Under the pieces are notes generated by a model. The model searched no databases, was not told the origin of the DNA, and saw only the letters and a program-made list of their open reading frames with translations. The translations under genes and the position numbers were made by a program. Positions 1 through 8,065 of a stretch of DNA of 64,000 bases are shown one piece after another. Location of the stretch: assembly GCA_003151815.1 (NCBI GenBank), contig PLYN01000058.1, forward strand, positions 27,811 through 91,810. Reading direction: 5' to 3'. This DNA is from Bacteroidota bacterium. GTDB lineage: Bacteria; Bacteroidota; Bacteroidia; 2-12-FULL-35-15. Position 1 is the stretch's first letter. Every line of letters starts with the position of its first letter.

Positions 1-877
1 CTTCTGTAAGCACACCTTCCTCCAATAGAAATTTCTCAAAATTAGTTAATGGATCTTTTTTGCCCCAGACCTCCAATAATTCTTTCGGGACATATTTGGT
101 ACCGGAAGCCTCCTCATGGCCGCGCATCCGAAAAGTTATTAATTCCAGTAAAACAGGACGAGGATTTTTACGGATTGATTCGGCTAATCGTTTTACAGTA
201 TCATACACCTCTAAAACATTATTGCCATCCACCTGAACGGCTTCCATGCCATAACCAATTCCTTTATCAATAAATTGTTTGCAACGATATTGTTCATTAC
301 TGGGGGTCGACAAGCCATATCCGTTATTTTCGATTGCAAATATTATCGGCAAATCCCATACTGCAGCCACATTTAATGATTCATGAAAATCACCTTCGCT
401 TGCTCCGCCATCACCAGAGAATACAAGCGTTACTTTATTATTTTCCTTTAATATATTGGCAAGTGCAATTCCGTCAGCAACGCCCAACTGAGAGCCAAGG
501 TGTGAGATCATTCCAATAATATGGTACTCTTGGGTTCCGAAATGAAAAGAGCGGTCACGTCCCTGAGTAAAGCCACCGGGCTTTCCCTGAAACTGAGAAA
601 ATAAACGATGTAATGGAATCTCTCGGGAAGTAAAAACACCCAGGTTGCGGTGCATTGGTAAGATGTATTCATCTTTTTCCAAAGCCATAGTGGCTCCAAC
701 GGAGCCTCCCTCCTGCCCTATTCCGCTAAACCATTTTGAAATGATACCCTGACGCAACAATACCAGCATTTTCTCTTCAACCAAACGAGGTTTTAGAACA
801 CCTTTATAAAGGTCTATTAATAAGGTATCCTTATGTTTTTTTTTATCGTAGCGGATAGGAGTTTCAGCGGTAATCAT
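1..877 (-). CDS. TPP-dependent 2-oxoacid dehydrogenase E1 component, alpha-subunit region (3' end runs off the window)
   Basis: Absent from the ORF track because it is open at the window edge. My translation from ATG 877..875 reads MITAETPIRYDKK... It contains GDGGASEGDFHES (TPP-binding) and FRMRGHEEASG motifs typical of E1-alpha of branched-chain/pyruvate dehydrogenases. Confidence 0.8.
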   Translation of the reverse strand, partial: MITAETPIRYDKKKHKDTLLIDLYKGVLKPRLVEEKMLVLLRQGIISKWFSGIGQEGGSVGATMALEKDEYILPMHRNLGVFTSREIPLHRLFSQFQGKPGGFTQGRDRSFHFGTQEYHIIGMISHLGSQLGVADGIALANILKENNKVTLVFSGDGGASEGDFHESLNVAAVWDLPIIFAIENNGYGLSTPSNEQYRCKQFIDKGIGYGMEAVQVDGNNVLEVYDTVKRLAESIRKNPRPVLLELITFRMRGHEEASGTKYVPKELLEVWGKKDPLTNFEKFLLEEGVLTE

Positions 878-975
878 AATTAATATGGATTATTACCCAA
901 CAAAATTATTAAAATAAACAAGCTGGTAAAGGAAATGTTTTTTGTAATTTTGCATATCCAAACAATCCATCCAAC

Positions 976-1116
976 ATGTTACAGGAACTAGCTGTATTTA
1001 TCCTTATAATAATCGCATTCGCATATGTGGTTTATCGCATCTATGGCAGTATAAAAAAGAAACAAGCTTGCGATAAATGTGTATTGATGGAGGCTGCTAA
1101 AAAAGCAAATAAGTAA
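976..1116 (+). CDS. small single-pass membrane protein with C-terminal CxxC (resembles FeoB-associated Cys-rich membrane proteins)
   Basis: 46-codon ORF below the track cutoff: MLQELAVFILIIIAFAYVVYRIYGSIKKKQACDKCVLMEAAKKANK. It has one hydrophobic helix followed by a basic/Cys tail, and a hairpin follows at 1200-1234. Confidence 0.4.
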   Translation: MLQELAVFILIIIAFAYVVYRIYGSIKKKQACDKCVLMEAAKKANK

Positions 1117-1199
1117 ATACTATTCTTTGTAAATATTCTTTTCTACTATTTTAAGTCAATATAATTCTATATATCGCGGACTGACGAAGGAAGGATAAT

Positions 1200-1234
1200 A
1201 AAAAAGGAGTATCGCGAATGCGATACTCCTTTTA
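1200..1234. terminator. bidirectional intrinsic terminator hairpin
   Basis: 10-bp perfect stem ggagtatcgc/gcgatactcc (1206-1215 / 1220-1229) with loop gaat. An A-run sits on the left and a T-run on the right. It lies between convergent ORFs. Confidence 0.6.
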
Positions 1235-1254
1235 AAATTCGTAATAAAGGTAAA

Positions 1255-1518
1255 TTATTTTTTACCTTTACCTTTAGCTGGTGCAGCAGCGGCAGCAGCT
1301 GTAGAATCAGCAACGCGAGTTGCTTCAGCAGCAACAGCAGCAGCAGCAGTTGAATCAGCAGCAGCTTGTTCAGCAGCAGCAGCTTCAACAGCAGCAAGTG
1401 AATCAGTTACGATTTGTGCAGCAGCGGCAGCAGCAGCTTCTTTTTCAGCAGCACTTGGTCCGCAAGCAACGAATGTAAACATTCCCGCAACGGCAACTAA
1501 AGATAATACTTTTTTCAT
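1255..1518 (-). CDS. Ala-rich lipoprotein, paralog 1
   Basis: Signal peptide plus lipobox (MKKVLSLVAVAGMFTFVAC). 33 of the 68 mature residues are Ala by my count. D-S-[LT] recurs every 16 residues, and the protein ends in a basic GKGKK tail. Confidence 0.75.
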   Translation of the reverse strand: MKKVLSLVAVAGMFTFVACGPSAAEKEAAAAAAAQIVTDSLAAVEAAAAEQAAADSTAAAAVAAEATRVADSTAAAAAAPAKGKGKK

Positions 1519-1557
1519 TTTTGTTTTGTTTGTTTGTTATTTTAATTAAAATTTCGG

Positions 1558-1565
1558 CAAAGATA
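1558..1565 (-). promoter_or_regulatory. candidate Bacteroidota -7 box (TAtcTTTG on minus strand)
   Basis: Plus-strand caaagata is the reverse complement of TAnnTTTG. It lies about 40 nt upstream of the ATG at 1518. Confidence 0.35.
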
Positions 1566-1620
1566 TATATATATTTTAATGCGAAACAAATTTTTTATAC
1601 TATTTTTTTTATGCATTCAA

Positions 1621-1650
1621 AAAAAAAGAGCACAGTATAAACTGTACTCC
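1621..1650 (-). terminator. intrinsic terminator of lipoprotein paralog 2
   Basis: On the minus-strand RNA, gagtacagt/actgtgctc forms a 9-bp stem (one G-U pair) with loop ttat, followed by a T7 run. It lies about 30 nt after the stop at 1678. Confidence 0.55.
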
Positions 1651-1677
1651 TTTTTAAAAACCTCTCAGAATAAGGGA

Positions 1678-2013
1678 TTAACCTTTTCCTTGACCTGCTT
1701 TTACTTCAGTGGGTTTTGCTTCAGTTGGTTTTGCAGCTGCCTTTTTTGCACCTGATTTCCCTTTTGAAGCTTTTGCTTCTTCTTCGGCAGCAACAGCAGC
1801 TTCTTCGGCAGCTTTCGCTTCTGCAGCAGCAGTTGCGGCAGCAGTTGAATCAGCAATAGCTTGTGCTTTTGCAGCTTCTGCTGCAGCAGATTCTACAGCA
1901 GCAATTGAATCAGCAGTAGCTTTTGCTTTCGCTTCTTTTTCTGCTGCACTTGGTCCGCAAGCAACGAATGTAAACATTCCTGCAACGGCAACTAATGTAA
2001 GTACTTTTTTCAT
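1678..2013 (-). CDS. Ala-rich lipoprotein, paralog 2
   Basis: Same signal peptide and lipobox (MKKVLTLVAVAGMFTFVAC). A 35-nt stretch in the signal-peptide region is identical to paralog 1. Ala/Glu/Lys-rich, with DSI and DST motifs. Confidence 0.75.
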   Translation of the reverse strand: MKKVLTLVAVAGMFTFVACGPSAAEKEAKAKATADSIAAVESAAAEAAKAQAIADSTAAATAAAEAKAAEEAAVAAEEEAKASKGKSGAKKAAAKPTEAKPTEVKAGQGKG

Positions 2014-2047
2014 TTTGTTTTTAGTTTTTGTTTTGGTTAACCGATGG

Positions 2048-2055
2048 CAAAAGTA
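2048..2055 (-). promoter_or_regulatory. candidate -7 box (TActTTTG on minus strand)
   Basis: Plus-strand caaaagta lies about 35 nt upstream of the ATG at 2013. Confidence 0.35.
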
Positions 2056-2100
2056 TATTTTATTTTACTAAACACAAATTTTTTTTAAAAATAAAAAACA

Positions 2101-2108
2101 TACATTTG
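2101..2108 (+). promoter_or_regulatory. candidate -7 box TAcaTTTG
   Basis: Exact TAnnTTTG match 54 nt upstream of the ATG at 2162. Confidence 0.35.
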
Positions 2109-2161
2109 TGTCCTCAAACAAAAAAAATCCAATCATCAATTAAAACTAAAAAAAGAAAATC

Positions 2162-2812
2162 ATGAAAAAAAACATTTTAAGTTTAACTGCAATTGCTTTA
2201 ATTGCAACGGCATCCATATTTACTGGATGTAAAAAAGAAGCTACAGATACAACAGCCCCGGTTATTACCATTGTGGGTTCGAACCCATATTACCTGCAAA
2301 AATCAACTACCTGGACTGATCCGGGTGCAACCGCAACCGATGACGTTGATGGATCAGTTGTAGCAACACCAACAGGCGTAGTTACTTCCGGAACTGTCGG
2401 AGCTTATACAATTACATATACTGCAAAGGATAAAGCTGGGAATACAGCAACCTTAACTAGAACAGTCAACGTAATTGATGTGGACGGGTTTTACGCTACT
2501 GTGGCAGATGTTAGCGGAACACCTCCTGTTACCAGCACATATAGCGAAACCATGCATCTTGCTACTGACGGTAGCGGCAAAGTAAATTTAACTAAATTTG
2601 GTGACTATAATAATGGTAGCGTTTATTTTAATTTAACAAGTTTAACCACTCTTAATGTTCCTTCACAAACTGTTACATGCGGAACACCTTCTGCAAGCAG
2701 AACTTTCAGTGGAACTGGAACAATCAGTACAACTGCACCTCAAGTAATCATTAACTTTACAGAAGTTACGAATGGAACTTCTATTACTTCACAAGATTCG
2801 TATACACGATAA
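2162..2812 (+). CDS. lipoprotein with DUF5011-type Ig-like domain, paralog 1
   Basis: Lipobox FTGC. APVITIVGSNPYYLQKSTTWTDPGATATDDVDGSV...AGNTATLTRTVNV matches the DUF5011/HYR-like pattern. Confidence 0.75.
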   Translation: MKKNILSLTAIALIATASIFTGCKKEATDTTAPVITIVGSNPYYLQKSTTWTDPGATATDDVDGSVVATPTGVVTSGTVGAYTITYTAKDKAGNTATLTRTVNVIDVDGFYATVADVSGTPPVTSTYSETMHLATDGSGKVNLTKFGDYNNGSVYFNLTSLTTLNVPSQTVTCGTPSASRTFSGTGTISTTAPQVIINFTEVTNGTSITSQDSYTR

Positions 2813-2833
2813 CATTCAAATAATTGAAACAAA

Positions 2834-2866
2834 AGGAGTCCCACAAAATTGCGGGACTCTTTTTTG
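2834..2866 (+). terminator. intrinsic terminator
   Basis: gagtccc ... gggactc stem followed by a T6 run, about 20 nt after the stop. Confidence 0.55.
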
Positions 2867-3015
2867 TTTAAATTATTCTCTCACGCAATTTTATCAATTT
2901 TTAATTGTTTTAAACACCAATAAATTTATTGTTTGCCGACAAGGAAAAAAACAGACAACCATTCCCAGCTATTAAAACAATATAGCGTAATACATTTTAA
3001 CTATTCCTTTAATTG

Positions 3016-3023
3016 TATATTTG
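3016..3023 (+). promoter_or_regulatory. candidate -7 box TAtaTTTG
   Basis: Exact TAnnTTTG match 46 nt upstream of the ATG at 3069. Confidence 0.35.
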
Positions 3024-3068
3024 CCTTCGCAAATAAAAAAGCAACAGAATAAATAAAAACAGAAAAGC

Positions 3069-3746
3069 ATGAAAAAAAACAATTTAATTTTAATCGCAAT
3101 TGCTTTAATTGCTACAACATCAGTATTTACAGGATGCAAAAAAAAGAGTACTGATATAACTCCACCGTATATGACTATTTTAGGGGCGAACCCATATTAC
3201 ATTCAAAAATCATGGATATGGGCTGAACCTGGTGCTATTGCAAGCGATGATATTGATGGAAAAGTTGCAGCAACAGCTTCAGGAGCAATTAATACCGGAA
3301 ATGCCGGTGTTTACTATGTTAACTATACAGCAACGGATAATTCGGGAAACGTAACAACACTAACAAGAACAGTATATGTAGTAGATTTGAACGGTCCTTA
3401 CAGTATTGCAAAATTAATTAGTCCTTATCCTGTGGGAGATACGACTATTACTACAAATACCAATATGACCCTTTCAACTGACGGAACAGGAAAGCTTGCT
3501 ATATCTAATTTCGCTAATTATGCCAATGCCAATGTTTATTGTACTTTATCTGGTATGAATTCTCTAAATATTCCTGTACAAACAGTTACATGCGGAACCG
3601 CACCTACAATTTACGCCAGAACTTTTAGTGGAACAGGAACAATCAATCCTACTTATAATTATACGAATCAAATAGTAATTAACTTTACAGAATTGACTCT
3701 TAATATTTCTCCAAGTGTTTCTTCGCAAGAATCATTCTTTCGATAA
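3069..3746 (+). CDS. lipoprotein with DUF5011-type Ig-like domain, paralog 2
   Basis: Same architecture as 2162-2812: PPYMTILGANPYYIQKSWIWAEPGAIASDDIDGKV...SGNVTTLTRTVYV, with a similar C-terminal domain. Confidence 0.75.
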   Translation: MKKNNLILIAIALIATTSVFTGCKKKSTDITPPYMTILGANPYYIQKSWIWAEPGAIASDDIDGKVAATASGAINTGNAGVYYVNYTATDNSGNVTTLTRTVYVVDLNGPYSIAKLISPYPVGDTTITTNTNMTLSTDGTGKLAISNFANYANANVYCTLSGMNSLNIPVQTVTCGTAPTIYARTFSGTGTINPTYNYTNQIVINFTELTLNISPSVSSQESFFR

Positions 3747-3770
3747 AAATCAAACGGTTCAAGTACAAAA

Positions 3771-3803
3771 AGGAGCTCCTACTATTCGAGGCTCTTTTTT
3801 TTG
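3771..3803 (+). terminator. probable intrinsic terminator
   Basis: Imperfect stem gagctc/gaggctc (one bulge) followed by a T8+ run. Confidence 0.45.
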
Positions 3804-3832
3804 CTATCCTAACTCCCCTCCGGCAATTTTAT

Positions 3833-3840
3833 TACTTTTG
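3833..3840 (+). promoter_or_regulatory. candidate -7 box TActTTTG
   Basis: Exact TAnnTTTG match 35 nt upstream of the ATG at 3875. Confidence 0.35.
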
Positions 3841-3874
3841 TAATTGTATTTTCAATACTAATAATGTTTTCGGC

Positions 3875-5776
3875 ATGCAAAAAAAAATCGGCAACCTAAT
3901 CCTGCTATTAAAACATATTGCTTTTTTACTGATTACCTATACTATTTGCCGAATCCTTTTTTATTGGTTTAATTATTCTTATTTTTCAGATTTAAGTTTC
4001 GGACAATTGTTTTTTATCGTTGTATCCGGTATCCGTTTTGATCTATCGGTTATCATATTAACCAACTTTTTATTTATTATTCTTTACTTACTGCCATTTG
4101 CTTTCAGAGAAAAAAACGGATATCGTAATTTATTAAAATGGCTCTTTATATCTGTGAACAGCATTGCCATATTTTCCAACTGTGTTGATCTTACATATTT
4201 TCAATATACCCTTAAGCGTACCAATGCCACCGTATTTAATTTTTTTGGAGGAGCAATCGGGAATGATCTAGCACATTTACTTCCAGTATTTTTAATAGAT
4301 TATTGGTATATTTTTATTATTGGCGGAATCTTCATCTACCTGATATTCTATTTTTATAAAAAAATTGAAAATAGTATCTTCTTAAATTGGACAAACTCTG
4401 AATATAAATTGCAAAGTATTATTTTTATAGTTGGAGTTTCACTTGCCATCATTGCCTATCGTGGAGGGTTTCAACTGAAACCCATAAGCAGCGTAACTGC
4501 CGGAGAATATGCGACAGTAAAATATATACCTTTGGTTTTGAATACTCCATTTACAATTTTAAAAACATTGGATGTGGAAACCATCAAACCGTCCAACTCT
4601 TGGAAAATCACTAATGAAACCGAATTAAAAAACCTTTACAACCCTATTCATAAAGCACAAAGCAATGGTTTAAAAAAATTGAATGTAGTTGTTATCGCAC
4701 TTGAAAGTTTTTCGAAAGAATATATTGGTGCTTTAAACAATAGGAAAACCGGCTATACTCCATTTTTAGATTCACTTATCGGAGAAAGTTTAACTTTTAC
4801 AAATGCTTTTGCTAATGGCAAAACTTCCATAGATGGCATACCTGCTATCGTTTCAGCCATTCCCACCTGGATGTATGAGCCTTATATCACTTCTGTATAT
4901 GGAACCAATCAGATAAACAGTTTAGCAAACACGTTAAAAAAAGAGGGCTATTATACGGCATTTTTTCATGGTGGAACCAATGGAACGATGGGGTTTGATG
5001 CTTTTTGCAATGTTGCAGGGTATGATAATTATTTTGGGCGAACAGAATACAATAACGAAAAAGATTTCGATGGAAACTGGGGTATATGGGACGAAGAGTT
5101 TATGCAATATACAGCCAATACAATCAATAAAAAACCGCAACCTTTTTTTGCTACTTTGTTTACATTATCCTCACATCACCCTTATCTCATTCCTGACAGA
5201 TATAAAGGGAAATTTAAGGAAGGTGCTTTGCCCATTGAAAGGAGTATCAGTTATACTGATTTTGCTTTGAAAATTTTTTTCGAATCCGCTAAAAAAATGC
5301 CCTGGTTCAACAATACCCTTTTTGTTTTATGTGCAGATCATACCGGTGTTTCAACCGACCCGTTTTATACCAACAAAGTTGGTAATTATGCTATACCAAT
5401 TATTTACTATATGCCCAATAGCACCTTAAAGGGACGCGATTCTACTACAACACAGCAGATAGATATTATGCCTTCTGTGCTTGATTATCTGAATTATCCT
5501 TCACCTTACTTTTCATTCGGAAACAGCGTATTCGATACAACTGTTCAGCATTTTGCAGTAACTTACAATAATAATGTATATCAGTTTATGCAGAACGATT
5601 ATGTACTTCAATTTGATGGTGACAAAGCATCCGATCTATACAATTATAAAAATGACAGCTTGTTAAAAAATGATCTTCTTGCAAAAGAAACGGGTATTGC
5701 TAAAAAGATGGAAAACACTATAAAGGCTGTTATTCAAACCTATCAACAAAGTTTGATCAATAATAAGATGCATTGA
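3875..5776 (+). CDS. LTA synthase family / membrane-anchored sulfatase-fold (phosphoglycerol- or phosphoethanolamine-transferase-like) protein
   Basis: About five N-terminal TM helices followed by an alkaline-phosphatase-superfamily domain (VVIALESFS, GKTSIDGIPA, SSHHPY, CADHTG). Confidence 0.8.
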   Translation: MQKKIGNLILLLKHIAFLLITYTICRILFYWFNYSYFSDLSFGQLFFIVVSGIRFDLSVIILTNFLFIILYLLPFAFREKNGYRNLLKWLFISVNSIAIFSNCVDLTYFQYTLKRTNATVFNFFGGAIGNDLAHLLPVFLIDYWYIFIIGGIFIYLIFYFYKKIENSIFLNWTNSEYKLQSIIFIVGVSLAIIAYRGGFQLKPISSVTAGEYATVKYIPLVLNTPFTILKTLDVETIKPSNSWKITNETELKNLYNPIHKAQSNGLKKLNVVVIALESFSKEYIGALNNRKTGYTPFLDSLIGESLTFTNAFANGKTSIDGIPAIVSAIPTWMYEPYITSVYGTNQINSLANTLKKEGYYTAFFHGGTNGTMGFDAFCNVAGYDNYFGRTEYNNEKDFDGNWGIWDEEFMQYTANTINKKPQPFFATLFTLSSHHPYLIPDRYKGKFKEGALPIERSISYTDFALKIFFESAKKMPWFNNTLFVLCADHTGVSTDPFYTNKVGNYAIPIIYYMPNSTLKGRDSTTTQQIDIMPSVLDYLNYPSPYFSFGNSVFDTTVQHFAVTYNNNVYQFMQNDYVLQFDGDKASDLYNYKNDSLLKNDLLAKETGIAKKMENTIKAVIQTYQQSLINNKMH

Positions 5777-5782
5777 AAATTA

Positions 5783-5917
5783 GTTCAAAGTTTAAAGTTG
5801 GAAAGTTTAAAGTTGTGCTGATTGTTAAAAATTAAGCTGTACTTTAAAGGGTTTTTTTTGAACTTTGAACTTTGAACTTTGAACTTTGAACTTTCCAACT
5901 TTTAAACTTTAAACTTT
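5783..5917. repeat. palindromic element built from TT[CGT]AAAG / GAACTTT heptamers, including (GAACTTT)x5
   Basis: Left arm 5783-5814 and right arm 5860-5917 are reverse complements in several registers. The spacer ends in T8. The same arm type recurs at 8670, 10181, 16778, 16910 and 28075. Confidence 0.7.
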
Positions 5918-6791
5918 GAAAAAGAAGAAAATCCTATTTATTGTAAATCCTGTTTCGGGATTTGGGAAGCAAAAAGTAATTGAAAAGCTGATCAAACAAC
6001 ATCTTGATCACACACTTTTTGATTATGAAATTGCATACACGAAAGCCGCTAAACATGCTACAGCACTTGCTAAAAAAGCTGTTATAGAAAACTTTAATAT
6101 TGTTGTGGCTGTTGGTGGCGATGGCTCGATAAATGAAATTGCAAGAGGATTAATTGGCTCCGATACAGCCTTGGCAATTGTCCCTGCCGGCTCAGGAAAC
6201 GGTTTGGCCAGATGCATGAATATCCCGCTGGATCTAATAAAAGCCATAGGAATAATAAACAATGCGAAAGAAAAGCACATAGATACTTTTCAATTTAACG
6301 AGGAGTATATTTTCAACATTTCAGGTGTTGGTTTTGACGCTTATATCAATGAAAAAATGATGAAACTTACTAACCGTAACTTTTTTGCTTATTTTAAATT
6401 GATAGCTAAAGAATTTTATAAATATAAAGAACAAAATTTTGAACTTATCATTAACGGAAAATCACAACATAAAAAAGCATTTTTGATCTGTTTTGCCAAT
6501 GGCTCTCAATGGGGACATGATGCGTTTATATCACCTTTAGCAGACAATACTGATGGACTTATAGATATTGCCATTTTAAAAGATGTATCTATCTTTAACG
6601 TAATAAAACTTGCTTTCCAATTATTAACTAAATCAATACATGCATCATCTAATCTGGAAATAATAAAAGCAACAGAGGTGACCGTTAAACAAACTGGGTA
6701 TCTTGCCCAAATTGATGGTGAGACTGTTGAAATTGGGAATTCTATAACTATAAAAGTAAATCCATTGTCTTTAAAAGTGATCGTACCGTGA
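5916..6791 (+). CDS. diacylglycerol kinase family lipid kinase (YegS/BmrU-like)
   Basis: FIVNPVSG, GGDGSINE and PAGSGNGLAR motifs. The TTG start lies inside the repeat arm and no nearby ATG is available. Confidence 0.8.
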   Translation: MKKKKILFIVNPVSGFGKQKVIEKLIKQHLDHTLFDYEIAYTKAAKHATALAKKAVIENFNIVVAVGGDGSINEIARGLIGSDTALAIVPAGSGNGLARCMNIPLDLIKAIGIINNAKEKHIDTFQFNEEYIFNISGVGFDAYINEKMMKLTNRNFFAYFKLIAKEFYKYKEQNFELIINGKSQHKKAFLICFANGSQWGHDAFISPLADNTDGLIDIAILKDVSIFNVIKLAFQLLTKSIHASSNLEIIKATEVTVKQTGYLAQIDGETVEIGNSITIKVNPLSLKVIVP

Positions 6792-7846
6792 AAAAACAAT
6801 CGACAACCATGGAATGGCTAAAAGCAATCCTGTTTGCTTTTATAACTATTTTATTATTTCGTATTTTCTTTTTTGAAGCTTTTACAATACCGTCTCCATC
6901 AATGGAAAACACATTGCTTACCGGCGATTATATTGTGGTAAGTAAATTAAGCTATGGTCCACGAATTCCTATTACTCCACTTTCTTTTCCTTTTGTCCAT
7001 CAGCGATTGCCATTTACCGAAAGCACCAACTCTTATCTCGAATGGATTTCAATACCCTATTTTCGTTTATTCGGTTCTCCGGAAATTAAAAATAATGATG
7101 TGGTTGTTTTTAATTATCCGATGCAAAACAATCGACCTATTGACCAACGCATTTATTACGTAAAACGATGCGTAGCTATTTCAGGTGATACCCTGGAAGT
7201 TCGTGAAGGACAAGTTTATATAAATGGTGTTTACAATGACCTACCCGAAAAACTACAATTCAATTATAAAGTAGTAACAGATAACGATACTATTGATTCC
7301 GATACAATAACTAAATTAGGACTTACCGAAGGCGGACAAATGAATAATAAAGGTGGATATTGGTTTACTTTGGATATTGAAAATGTTGAAAAAATAAAAA
7401 AGGTGCCGCACATTACAAGTGTTACTCCAATGCTTGAAAAAAAGGGTAGTTACAGTGATTATATGTTTCCTGAAAACGAACATTTTTTATGGAATGTAGA
7501 TTTTTTCGGGCCTATTTATATTCCAAAAGCCGGTGATTCTGTACAACTAAGCATCGACTCCCTCCCACTCTATGAACGCATTATAAGCGTTTATGAAAAA
7601 AACAACTTACGTGTAAGTAACGATTCTGTTTTCATCAATAATAAATATGCAACTCATTATACTTTTAAAATGAATTACTTTTTTATGATGGGTGATAGTC
7701 GGCACAACTCTGCCGATTCACGATTCTGGGGGTTTTTACCGGAAGATCATATTGTTGGAAAAGCAAAATGGGTGTTGATGTCGATTAATAAATCGGACGA
7801 AAAGAGTACTATCCGTTGGGACAGGTGGTTTAAGAAGGTTGAGTAG
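6788..7846 (+). CDS. lepB: signal peptidase I
   Basis: S26 motifs SPSMENTL (catalytic Ser) and GDSRHNSADSRFWGF. There is a GTGA overlap with the upstream gene. An alternative ATG start exists at 6809. Confidence 0.9.
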   Translation: MKKQSTTMEWLKAILFAFITILLFRIFFFEAFTIPSPSMENTLLTGDYIVVSKLSYGPRIPITPLSFPFVHQRLPFTESTNSYLEWISIPYFRLFGSPEIKNNDVVVFNYPMQNNRPIDQRIYYVKRCVAISGDTLEVREGQVYINGVYNDLPEKLQFNYKVVTDNDTIDSDTITKLGLTEGGQMNNKGGYWFTLDIENVEKIKKVPHITSVTPMLEKKGSYSDYMFPENEHFLWNVDFFGPIYIPKAGDSVQLSIDSLPLYERIISVYEKNNLRVSNDSVFINNKYATHYTFKMNYFFMMGDSRHNSADSRFWGFLPEDHIVGKAKWVLMSINKSDEKSTIRWDRWFKKVE

Positions 7847-7848
7847 AG

Positions 7849-8065
7849 ACCCCTCCCAACCTCCCCACAGGGGAGGAGAATCAACGCACAAGCAACCAAT
7901 TGTAAAAAACTTTAATTTCGTTTGCTCAAATAATCTTAATGTGATATAACACCTTGATATAAATCCTCTTTAAAAAGTTAATATATAAATGAACTCTCAA
8001 TTTGATATACTGGCTGGCGATTTAGCGGGAAGCAACTCCTCCCCTGTGGGGAGGTCGGGAGGGGT
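7849..8065. repeat. 217-bp MITE-like element bounded by 30-nt GC-rich inverted repeats
   Basis: 7849-7878 is acccctcccaacctccccacaggggaggag. The reverse complement of 8036-8065 is identical at 29 of 30 positions. Each arm also holds an internal ctcccc-aca-ggggag hairpin, and the AT-rich core is 157 nt. Confidence 0.65.

Noticed and set aside
1167-2071. ORF-track entries 1167-1397 (-, poly-Leu) and 1709-2071 (+, Ala/Ser-rich) overlap the Ala-rich lipoprotein genes.
   Set aside because: They are alternative-frame or antisense readings of GCA/GCT-rich DNA. They have no signal peptide, no start context and low-complexity products. The lipoprotein frames have a lipobox, a promoter box and a terminator.
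2270-2290. ggttcgaaccc, a tRNA T-arm-like string.
   Set aside because: It lies inside the DUF5011 coding frame (VGSNPY), and no acceptor or anticodon stems surround it.
5860-5894. (GAACTTT)x5 tandem repeat, considered as a CRISPR array or a coding microsatellite.
   Set aside because: The unit is only 7 nt with no spacers, so it is not a CRISPR array. It is the right arm of a palindromic element and lies outside any convincing ORF except for the last 2 nt of the arm.
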